A stretch of 37,169 nucleotides of DNA from Rickettsia typhi. GTDB lineage: Bacteria > Pseudomonadota > Alphaproteobacteria > Rickettsiales > Deianiraeaceae. A program made the translations under genes and the position numbers. Where the stretch lies: contig CAMAVG010000001.1 in NCBI GenBank assembly GCA_945861605.1, positions 1-37,169 on the forward strand, read 5' to 3'. Shown one piece after another: positions 17,516 through 25,003 of the stretch (the stretch's first letter is position 1; every line of letters begins with the position of its first letter). The notes under the pieces were generated by a model. That model searched no databases. It was not told the origin of the DNA and worked only from the letters and a program-made list of their open reading frames with translations.

Positions 17516-18160
17516 ATGACTTTAGACCAAATAATCTCCAAAGGTTTCACATACCTTTACTCCCTTTGGTCTAAGGAATCTATTTCTACGATCGAAAAAA
17601 CGATAGATCTTCCTCACATCGCGTTCTTTGGTGCATCGAACGCAGGCAAATCCAGTTTGATTTCCAACATTTGCAGGAAAAAGAACCTTGCCTTTTCTTC
17701 AAAAATACCCGGAAAAACCAAGGAAATCATTCTTTTCACGCCAAATCACCCGTTTTTTCATAAAAAATCCTTCCTTGTCGATTTCCCCGGCTACGGTTAC
17801 GCAAAAGTTGCAAATTCAACAATATCCCAATGGGAGGCCATCCCCGAGTTCATTTCGCAGGTCAACATTGTAAAAAGCTACATTCTTTTGCCCGTCGAAA
17901 AGCCAATTCAGGAACACGATTTAATGCTTATGGACATGCTCGAGTACAAAACATTCGCCATTGTTCTGACAAAATGCGACCGCATTCCGTGGGAGCAAGT
18001 CAAACAAAAACAGGAAGAAGTTCGCAAACAATTGAAGCATTGCAGCAATTTCACGGGTCAAATTTTCCTTTTTTCGGTCAAAACCATCAAAAACAAAGAA
18101 AATTTAGAAATTTCGCAAGAAATATTTGATATTTTCAAAAACCATATTAATGGTATATGA
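17516..18160 (+). CDS. engB: ribosome-biogenesis GTPase EngB/YsxC
   Basis: G1 GASNAGKSSLISN, G3 DFPGYGYAKV and G4 LTKCDR, with about 200 aa typical of the family. Confidence 0.9.
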   Translation: MTLDQIISKGFTYLYSLWSKESISTIEKTIDLPHIAFFGASNAGKSSLISNICRKKNLAFSSKIPGKTKEIILFTPNHPFFHKKSFLVDFPGYGYAKVANSTISQWEAIPEFISQVNIVKSYILLPVEKPIQEHDLMLMDMLEYKTFAIVLTKCDRIPWEQVKQKQEEVRKQLKHCSNFTGQIFLFSVKTIKNKENLEISQEIFDIFKNHINGI

Positions 18161-18175
18161 AATTGATTTTTACTT

Positions 18176-19063
18176 ATGAAACAAATGGACGCCCTTAAAA
18201 AAGCCTCAGTTCTTACCGAAGCCCTGCCTTATATCAAAAAATTTGCCGGTGAAACTTTTGTCGTGAAGTTTGGCGGCTCTTCAATGGGTAATAAAAAAGC
18301 GATGGAAAACTTCGCCAAAAATGTTGTTTTACTGAAATCCTGCGGCATTAATATGGTCGTTGTTCATGGGGGAGGCCCTCAAATCAGCCAAATGCTTGAA
18401 CGCCTTGGCATAAAAAGTGAATTCGTAAACGGCGTGCGTGTGACTACAAAAGACATGATCGACATCGTTGAAATGGTGCTTTGCGGCTCGATCAACAAAG
18501 AAGTTGTTTCGGCAATTAATTCTTGCGGAGGCGTCGGACTTGGTCTTTCCGGCAAGGATGCTAACCTTATTAAGGCGAAAAAAATGCGTAAAACTCACAA
18601 AGAAACCGATTCAAATATCGAGAGAATCCTTGATCTTGGCTGGGTTGGAATGCCGGATATCATCAACGGGGATTTCTTTGACGCTCTTGAAAATACACCC
18701 GTAATTCCTGTTATCGCGCCTGTTGGTTTTGACGACGAAGGCAACACTTACAACATAAACGCGGATAATGTCGCCGGTGCAATCGCTGCGGAACTTGAGG
18801 CATCGAAACTGATTTTAATGACAGATGTTGACGGCGTTCAGGATTTTGAAAAAAACTTGATGGCGTCTCTCACCACATTTCAAGCGGAGGATATGATCAA
18901 ATCCGGTCAAATTACCGGCGGAATGATTCCAAAAGTTGAAACTTGCATTGAGGCCGTTCGTCATGGCGTTGAAACAGTTCATATAATCAACGGAAATAAG
19001 GAACACGCTTTATTGCTTGAAATCCTTACAGACACAGGGATTGGCACGATGATTTTTGAGTAG
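18176..19063 (+). CDS. argB: acetylglutamate kinase
   Basis: ALPYIKKFAGETFVVKFGGSSM, VVVHGGGPQI and NINADNVAGAIA are typical of AAK-family ArgB. The engB-argB adjacency is common in Alphaproteobacteria. Confidence 0.92.
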   Translation: MKQMDALKKASVLTEALPYIKKFAGETFVVKFGGSSMGNKKAMENFAKNVVLLKSCGINMVVVHGGGPQISQMLERLGIKSEFVNGVRVTTKDMIDIVEMVLCGSINKEVVSAINSCGGVGLGLSGKDANLIKAKKMRKTHKETDSNIERILDLGWVGMPDIINGDFFDALENTPVIPVIAPVGFDDEGNTYNINADNVAGAIAAELEASKLILMTDVDGVQDFEKNLMASLTTFQAEDMIKSGQITGGMIPKVETCIEAVRHGVETVHIINGNKEHALLLEILTDTGIGTMIFE

Positions 19064-19065
19064 AA

Positions 19066-20721
19066 TCAGATTTTATCGCGTCTTTTTCGGTGAGATGTTA
19101 TCACAAAACGGTGGGATTCGTCCCGCAGAACCTCGATGAAATACAACGCTTGTTTGCTTGAAAGCTTGAATCCATCAGGGTTTTGCCGTGTGAAAAAAGT
19201 CTCGTTTCCAGCATTGCGGTTTCGCCCTTTTGCGATTGAAACCACTGGAATTGTTATGCCGATCGCGTCCAAAACCCTTGTGACCGCATGGAATTGACCA
19301 AGTCCGCCATCGATTACAAGCAAATCCGGAAAATTGCCGATTGTGGAATCACTTGCGAAACGACGCGTCATAACTTCCGCCATCATTGCGTAGTCGTCGC
19401 CTCCTTTTGAATATTTTGCGTTAAATTTTCGATATTGTGACTTTTCAAACCCTTTTTGCGAGGCAACAACGAACGCACCCGTGAAAAATGCACCGGAAAT
19501 GTGGCTGTTATCGTAAATTTCGACGCGATTTGGCGTGAAATCAAGTGCAAATGCCTCGCGAATGTGCTCCATTCCAACCGCAAATTCGTTATTTTGTTTC
19601 GCGTCAATGCCAATTTGAAATTGAAGATTCGTCAGGACGAAATCCAGCAAAACCCTCGCTTCACCCTGCTTGGGATTGGAAATTTCCGCTGTGAGGGCAA
19701 AAAGTTCCTTGAAGAGAATCTTGAGGTTTTGCGTGGAAACTTCGTGGCTCGTGAAAATTTTTTTTGGCGGCGGATTTTCATTTGAATAGTATTCCAAAAT
19801 GAACGCCTCGAGGATTTCGGAAATTGTGCCGTCGTGTTTGTGGATTTCAAAAAGATTTCCACCCAGAGCATAGCCGTTTCGAATTGCAAAAACCTCAACT
19901 TTCGTAAGGCTTTCGCCGATTGCAACAACGTCAATGTTCTCAAATTTCGTGAAATTGACATCGTTTGAGGACGATTTTAGGTTTTCGATCGAAAGAATTT
20001 GGTTTTTGAGGAGTTCGGCCTCCACAAAATTTTCTTTTTGTGCAAGAATCGTGATTTTGTTTTTAATATTTTTGTAGATTTCGGAATCCGCGCCTTGTAA
20101 AAACTTTTTTGCGTTTTCGATGGATTTTTCGTAGTCCGCCTTGGAAATCATGCCGGCACAAGGGCCCGAGCAGGTTTTGATCTGGAATTCCATGCAAGGT
20201 TTGCCGCAAGATTGGTGGATGTTGAACTTGGAATCCTTGCATGAGCGAATTTTGAAAACCTTGTTCACGAATGTCGTGATGTATTTTATGGTGTCGTTCG
20301 TGGAAAATTTACTGCCTTGAATGTAGCCGAACGGTCCAAAAAGGGAGGCTTTTCGCTCAAACTTCCCGCGATATCGCACAATTGCGGGGAATTTGTGGTT
20401 GGAAAGCTTGATATATTGGCGAGATTTGTCGTCTTTGAGGAGAATATTGTACTTCGGTTGGTGTTTTTTGATGAGAGAAGCCTCTAAAATCAGTGCGTCT
20501 TTTTCCGTTGGCGTTATTTCAAATTCAATTGAGGCGACATTTTCAACGAGTGTGCGTGTTTTTGGGGAAAGTTCGCTGATTTTTGTGTAGGATTGCACCC
20601 GTTTTTGCAGGTTTTTCGCTTTGCCAATGTAAATTAGTGTGGCGTTGAGGTCTCGCATTTTGTACACCCCCGAAAGATTTGGCATTTCGGGGAGGGCGTT
20701 TTTAAGGATTTCAATGCTCAC
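19066..20721 (-). CDS. uvrC: excinuclease ABC subunit C, lacking the C-terminal (HhH)2 domain
   Basis: GIY-YIG N-terminus (GVYKMRDLNATLIYIGKAKNLQKRVQSY), a Cys-rich region, a UVR-like region and the endonuclease V-like domain ending LRDESHRFVITSHRKRRDKI-stop. Confidence 0.9.
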   Translation of the reverse strand: MSIEILKNALPEMPNLSGVYKMRDLNATLIYIGKAKNLQKRVQSYTKISELSPKTRTLVENVASIEFEITPTEKDALILEASLIKKHQPKYNILLKDDKSRQYIKLSNHKFPAIVRYRGKFERKASLFGPFGYIQGSKFSTNDTIKYITTFVNKVFKIRSCKDSKFNIHQSCGKPCMEFQIKTCSGPCAGMISKADYEKSIENAKKFLQGADSEIYKNIKNKITILAQKENFVEAELLKNQILSIENLKSSSNDVNFTKFENIDVVAIGESLTKVEVFAIRNGYALGGNLFEIHKHDGTISEILEAFILEYYSNENPPPKKIFTSHEVSTQNLKILFKELFALTAEISNPKQGEARVLLDFVLTNLQFQIGIDAKQNNEFAVGMEHIREAFALDFTPNRVEIYDNSHISGAFFTGAFVVASQKGFEKSQYRKFNAKYSKGGDDYAMMAEVMTRRFASDSTIGNFPDLLVIDGGLGQFHAVTRVLDAIGITIPVVSIAKGRNRNAGNETFFTRQNPDGFKLSSKQALYFIEVLRDESHRFVITSHRKRRDKI

Positions 20722-21203
20722 GCAACTTTGAGAGTCTTGATGATGCTGTCCGGAGTGTATTCAAGGACGGAATTTTCAAAATGCACTGAAATGCCAATGG
20801 TATTTTGGGTTTTGAAGATGAAATCCGCGGGTTGTGGGATTTTTTGGCTCAAGAATTGTGTGATTTCGTCAATTGAGAGTTCCTGTTCTTTGGCGAGGGA
20901 GATCACGACTACGGTGCGTTTGTGTTTTTCTTCGTATTCTTTTTGAAAAGCCTTCGTGATGGCGTTCATACTGCCGAGCATTTTCAGTTGGTTTATGTGT
21001 TTCAAGATGATTTGCATTTCGTTGGAAATTCCAAAAACCTTCATTTGATCAATTGCGATGAGGTCTTTTATCGTTTGTGAGAAATTTAATATTCCTGAAA
21101 AACCATAGAATTCCTTTAAAATCGCCAAGTGGAGTGATTCTGGGACGGCAATTATGCAAGTTCTGACGATTTTCTTGATCACTTCGTTCGCGCGTTCTTT
21201 CAT
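20718..21203 (-). CDS. hypothetical protein, possibly a divergent F-type ATPase delta (OSCP) subunit
   Basis: 161-aa ORF translationally packed between metK and uvrC. The C-terminal half (KRTVVVISLAKEQELSIDEITQFLSQKI...FKTQNTIGISVHFENSVLEYTPDSIIKTLK) follows the OSCP pattern V.V.SA..L....i...l....v.l....D..liGG..v..g..v.D.S....L..L. This comes from pattern memory only. Confidence 0.35.
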   Translation of the reverse strand: MKERANEVIKKIVRTCIIAVPESLHLAILKEFYGFSGILNFSQTIKDLIAIDQMKVFGISNEMQIILKHINQLKMLGSMNAITKAFQKEYEEKHKRTVVVISLAKEQELSIDEITQFLSQKIPQPADFIFKTQNTIGISVHFENSVLEYTPDSIIKTLKVA

Positions 21204-21207
21204 GTTT

Positions 21208-22356
21208 TTATAGATTAAACCATTGTTTTAAATTGTCGTGAAGATTGGTCTCCTCCCAAAGGAAAAAATTGCTTAGTGGAAGGGGTTCTCTGCCGAAGTG
21301 TCCAAAACTTGCGGTAGGTTTGTAGATGGGATTGTTCATTTTCAGGCGATGGCGTATTCCTTTTGGGGTGAGATCGATGTTTTTTGTGATAAATTCGATG
21401 AGATCCGAGTTTTTGACTTGGGAGGAATTGTCGGTTTTGATGTAAATTGAAACGGGTTGTGCAACGCCGATTGCATACGAAAGTTGGATTGTGCAGTGTT
21501 GTGCAAGTTTGGCGTGAACGATATTTTTGGCGAGGTATCGTGCGATATAGGCGGCGGATCGATCGACTTTTGTCGGGTCTTTTCCGGAAAATGCTCCGCC
21601 ACCGTGTGGGGCAGAACCGCCGTAGGTATCAACGATGATTTTTCTGCCGGTCAGACCTGTGTCGGAGACTGGTCCGCCAATGATGAAAGTGCCAGCCGGA
21701 TTGATGAAAGTTTTGTGTTTTGATGGCATGTTTGGCAGGGTTTTTTCAAGAACGCTTGTGACTTTTTGGCGGACTTCATCAAGGGAGATTTCCTTCGCGT
21801 GTTGAGTTGAAACCACAACGGATTCGACCGCAGTTGGGAGGCCGTTTTTGTATTCGAATGTTACTTGGGATTTTGCGTCAGGACCAAGACCCTCAATTCC
21901 AGCAAGGTTTTGAAGAATTCTGTGGGAATAAAAAATTGGCGCAGGCATAAGTTGTGGGGTTTCCTCGCAAGCAAAACCGAACATAATTCCTTGGTCGCCG
22001 GCACCTTCTTCTTTTTGATCGTTTTCATCAACACCGCTTGCAATTTCAGAAGATTGCGTGTGAATGTGGTTGTAAATTTTCACTTTATCATGTGCAAAAC
22101 CTTCGTAGTTGTGTCCAATTTCTTTGAGAGTCGCCCTTACGATTTGCTCGACATCGTTATTTGAAATTTCGTGATTTTTCAATCTAATTTCACCGCCAAC
22201 GACGACAGTATCCGTTGTTGCAAAGCATTCGAATGCGCATCGTGAGTCATTTTCTTTGGAGAGGCAGAAATCAAGGAGGGAATCGGAGAGGATATCGCAG
22301 GTTTTATCAGGATGCCCAGGAGCAACCGATTCACTGGTAAATAGTGATAATGACAT
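21208..22356 (-). CDS. metK: S-adenosylmethionine synthase
   Basis: SESVAPGHPDKTCD, GAGDQGIMFGFA and GGGAFSGKDPTKVDRSAAY signatures. Confidence 0.97.
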   Translation of the reverse strand: MSLSLFTSESVAPGHPDKTCDILSDSLLDFCLSKENDSRCAFECFATTDTVVVGGEIRLKNHEISNNDVEQIVRATLKEIGHNYEGFAHDKVKIYNHIHTQSSEIASGVDENDQKEEGAGDQGIMFGFACEETPQLMPAPIFYSHRILQNLAGIEGLGPDAKSQVTFEYKNGLPTAVESVVVSTQHAKEISLDEVRQKVTSVLEKTLPNMPSKHKTFINPAGTFIIGGPVSDTGLTGRKIIVDTYGGSAPHGGGAFSGKDPTKVDRSAAYIARYLAKNIVHAKLAQHCTIQLSYAIGVAQPVSIYIKTDNSSQVKNSDLIEFITKNIDLTPKGIRHRLKMNNPIYKPTASFGHFGREPLPLSNFFLWEETNLHDNLKQWFNL

Positions 22357-22373
22357 AAAGAATGGGTGTTATG

Positions 22374-22412
22374 TTACATTTGAAATGTAAATGAGCCAAA
22401 TTCAAAAGTCAA
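22374..22412 (-). promoter_or_regulatory. candidate metK promoter with an overlapping 8+1+8 palindrome
   Basis: The minus strand reads TTGACT (22412..22407), a 17-nt spacer and TACATT (22389..22384). The inverted repeat ttacattt-g-aaatgtaa (22374..22390) covers the -10 box. Confidence 0.3.
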
Positions 22413-22417
22413 GAAAA

Positions 22418-22885
22418 TTATTGTTCGTAGTCAAGCTTGATGTGGTAATTGTGGCGTGTTTGCGTGCAGTGTTCGTCGTAAATTTTCGGGCGGAAAATCT
22501 TGATTCCCTTGTGGACGAGTCCGCCTAATGACCACGACCAATACTTATCCATTAAGCACGCTTTGTTTTCGCCGTCGTAATAAACCGCTGCCATTTTGGA
22601 ATTGACATTAAATTCCACGGGTTTGTAGCCACTCATTTCAACAATCACTTGGGTGTTTTCCCCTTTTGGAACTTGCAGGTCTAACGGAGTTTGCCCCTGA
22701 ATGCTCACAATTTTGCCTTGGTAGGAATATTTTTGCGAATATTGGTAAATTTTATCGTAGATTTCCCCCGAATGAACAACCAAAACCGTTGCCCCGCTTG
22801 GTGCGGAGGTTATATATGTTCCACTTGTGCGTGGTGCTGTTAGGGAGCAAGCGGAAAGAATTAGGAGTAGGATTATGTGTTTCAT
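22418..22885 (-). CDS. lipoprotein with a PEGA-like domain
   Basis: Lipobox LILSAC after a short hydrophobic N-terminus. SAPSGATVLV ... GQTPLDLQVPKGENTQVIVEMSGYKPVEFNV matches the PEGA-domain pattern. Confidence 0.6.
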   Translation of the reverse strand: MKHIILLLILSACSLTAPRTSGTYITSAPSGATVLVVHSGEIYDKIYQYSQKYSYQGKIVSIQGQTPLDLQVPKGENTQVIVEMSGYKPVEFNVNSKMAAVYYDGENKACLMDKYWSWSLGGLVHKGIKIFRPKIYDEHCTQTRHNYHIKLDYEQ

Positions 22886-23583
22886 TTGGTGTTAAAAAAT
22901 TCATCTTGAAATGGTAGCATATCATAGGTCTCTTTATGTTTATACTTCTTCAAATCTTCCTGTTTTCTTCTAACTTCTTTCACTTCATCGGCTTTTTGCT
23001 TCAACCATGTATATTTTTCACTGTGTGTATCTTTGTATTTTTCATATAACTTTTCAATTCGCTTGAAATTTGTTAATCGTGTTAAGAATTCAATATATAA
23101 ATATCCATCACCATCTTTCTTATATTCACCTTGAATCATCTTCACAATTTTCTCTTCACACAGTGGATCAATAATAACTCGTGGGTAAAGAGCCTTCGAT
23201 TTTTCCAAATTATAAGCACGGTTAATAGCAGGACCAATAAATTGCGAACTCTTGTGGAATACCTTTCCATAAGTGATTGCCCCACGGGAGAGGAGGTTTT
23301 TCATTAACAATGCAGTTTGTATGCTAATTACCTTATCTACTATAACCTCAATATACTCACTACTTATGACAAATGTATCGGAAAATTGTGCAACTTCATT
23401 AAAATCTATATCATCAAATAACAAATATTGATTTGGATCTTGCTTTTTTTGCAAAATCTTATCAAATAAAGACAAAACCTTCCTCGCAAACTCCTCGGAT
23501 TTTTTTTCATCATTAACATAAGCCTCAAACCCCAGAATATCCAAGAACAGAACATATTTTTCGGTGTAAATACTACTCATCAT
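22882..23583 (-). CDS. minimal class-III nucleotidyl-cyclase-like (palm/CHD fold) protein with a K/E-rich helical tail
   Basis: 233 aa. VLFLDILGFE (D15), FSDTFVIS (D69), RGAITYG and GPAINRAYNLE line up with CHD landmarks ilFaDIvGFT, GDaymavf, R.GihtG and GdtVNlAsRlE. The gene is markedly AT-rich compared with its neighbours. It overlaps prfB by 11 nt and the lipoprotein gene by 4 nt. Confidence 0.55.
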   Translation of the reverse strand: MMSSIYTEKYVLFLDILGFEAYVNDEKKSEEFARKVLSLFDKILQKKQDPNQYLLFDDIDFNEVAQFSDTFVISSEYIEVIVDKVISIQTALLMKNLLSRGAITYGKVFHKSSQFIGPAINRAYNLEKSKALYPRVIIDPLCEEKIVKMIQGEYKKDGDGYLYIEFLTRLTNFKRIEKLYEKYKDTHSEKYTWLKQKADEVKEVRRKQEDLKKYKHKETYDMLPFQDEFFNTK

Positions 23584-24644
23584 TCCCCTTCTTTGAAAAA
23601 GTTATCATTTTGAAGATGAAATCGTCAATTCCGCCGTCTAAAACCTTTTGCGTGTTCATTTCTTCGTGTGAAGTTCGCGTATCTTTCACTAACTTATAAG
23701 GGTGTAAAACATAGTTTCGAATTTGATTTCCCCACGAAACATCATCTTTTTCGACGGAATCTCGCTTTGCTTGGCGTTTGCGTTCTTCAAGTTCGTAAAG
23801 TTTGGACATCAACATTTTCATGGCGGTTTCTCGGTTTTGAAGTTGAGACCTTTGGTTTTGACAAGCCGCGACAACTCCAGTTGGAATATGCGTCATTCGA
23901 ACGGCGGAATCTGTGACATTCACATGTTGCCCGCCTGCACCGGATGAACGGTAGGTATCGGTTCGAATATCGCTTGGGTTAATGTTAATCGTGATTGTTT
24001 CGTCAACCAGTGGAGTCACAAGCACCGAAGCAAACGAGGTTTGGCGTTTGTTTTGAGCATTAAACGGCGAAACTCTTACCAAGCGATGCACACCCGTTTC
24101 GTATTTCAACATTCCGTAGGCGTTCTCGCCTTCAATTGTAATAATCGATTGCTTAATTCCAGCTTCTTCCCCGTGAAGACGATTCACGATTTCCATTTTG
24201 AAATTCTTTTCCTCCGCCCAGCGAATGTACATTCTCTCCAACATTTCTGCCCAATCTTGGCTTTCGGTGCCGCCTGCTCCTGAATTTATTTCCAAAACAA
24301 CGCCAAGTTTATCGGCTTCGTCCGAAAACATTTCCGCCATTTCCATAAATTTCATTTTCTCGATGAGCTTTGGAAGTTCTTTGAAAATTTCGTTTCGAAT
24401 TTCGTCGTCTGCTATTTCGATTATTTCAGCGTAGCCTTCTATCGTGGAAGAAACTAATTCAAATTCAGCAATGTAGCGTTCAAGCGATGCCTTTTCCTTC
24501 AAAACCTTGATTTCATAATTTCCATCAAGAACTTGGTCTTCAAGAACTTTCAGACGCGATTTTTTGGAATCCAAGTTAAAGAAATTCCCTCAACTTTTGG
24601 AGGGAATTAAGGGTTTGATTCAATTCAATTGGAAGATCTTGCAT
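23573..24644 (-). CDS. prfB: peptide chain release factor 2, with a programmed +1 frameshift
   Basis: SPF tripeptide (RVSPFNAQ) and GGQ (SGAGGQHVNVTDSAVR). ORF0 runs from the ATG at 24644, encodes MQDLPIELNQTLNSLQKLREFL and stops at TAA (24578..24576). After the +1 shift, NLDSKKSRLKVLED... continues to 23573. The junction parallels E. coli LRGYL/DYDAKKERLEEV. Confidence 0.9.
24575..24590 (-). promoter_or_regulatory. RF2 +1 frameshift cassette (SD-like AGGGA, then CTT TAA C)
   Basis: The minus strand reads AGGGAATTT CTT TAA C. It has the same architecture as the E. coli cassette AGGGGGTAT CTT TGA C, but with a UAA stop. Confidence 0.8.
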
Positions 24645-24709
24645 ATCAAGTGTATAATTTTATTATGGAAAAAATAAAAAATATCCAAAGTTGAAATGCA
24701 AGGAATTAT

Positions 24710-25003
24710 TTACTCAACGGCGATGGAAATCTCAATTCTGTCGCCAGCTGAAACTTCGCATTTCTCGCGGATTTCCTTTTTTATGGGAATGATATAGGTC
24801 TCATCCTTGCGAAACATTGATGTCTTCCACGATTTTCCGCCAATTGTTGCGGTGATTTTCACAGAACCCCAGCCCAAATGCACGCAAGCTTTCTTGATTA
24901 CATCCGCGTAATATTTTGGAACGGAAATAAAATGCCACGAAGAGGTTTTTATTCCATCTTTTGGAACCCAAAGCCACATTTCTCCCGTGAATCTGTAAAT
25001 CAT
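24710..25003 (-). CDS. DUF1905-family small protein
   Basis: 97 aa. WHFISVP....A..IK......GWGSVKITATIGGKSWKTSMFRKDETYIIPIKKEIREKCEVSAGDRIEISI fits the DUF1905 (YdeI N-terminal-like) pattern. Its start overlaps the gpmI stop by 4 nt. Confidence 0.6.
   Translation of the reverse strand: MIYRFTGEMWLWVPKDGIKTSSWHFISVPKYYADVIKKACVHLGWGSVKITATIGGKSWKTSMFRKDETYIIPIKKEIREKCEVSAGDRIEISIAVE

Noticed and set aside
22418-23583. Two-gene Pycsar-like operon (cyclase plus downstream effector)
   Set aside because: The downstream gene encodes a lipobox lipoprotein with a PEGA-like domain that would be exported, and it has host-like composition. It has no cNMP-binding, TIR or multi-TM pore-type effector features. 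I therefore report only the cyclase-like gene as an orphan.
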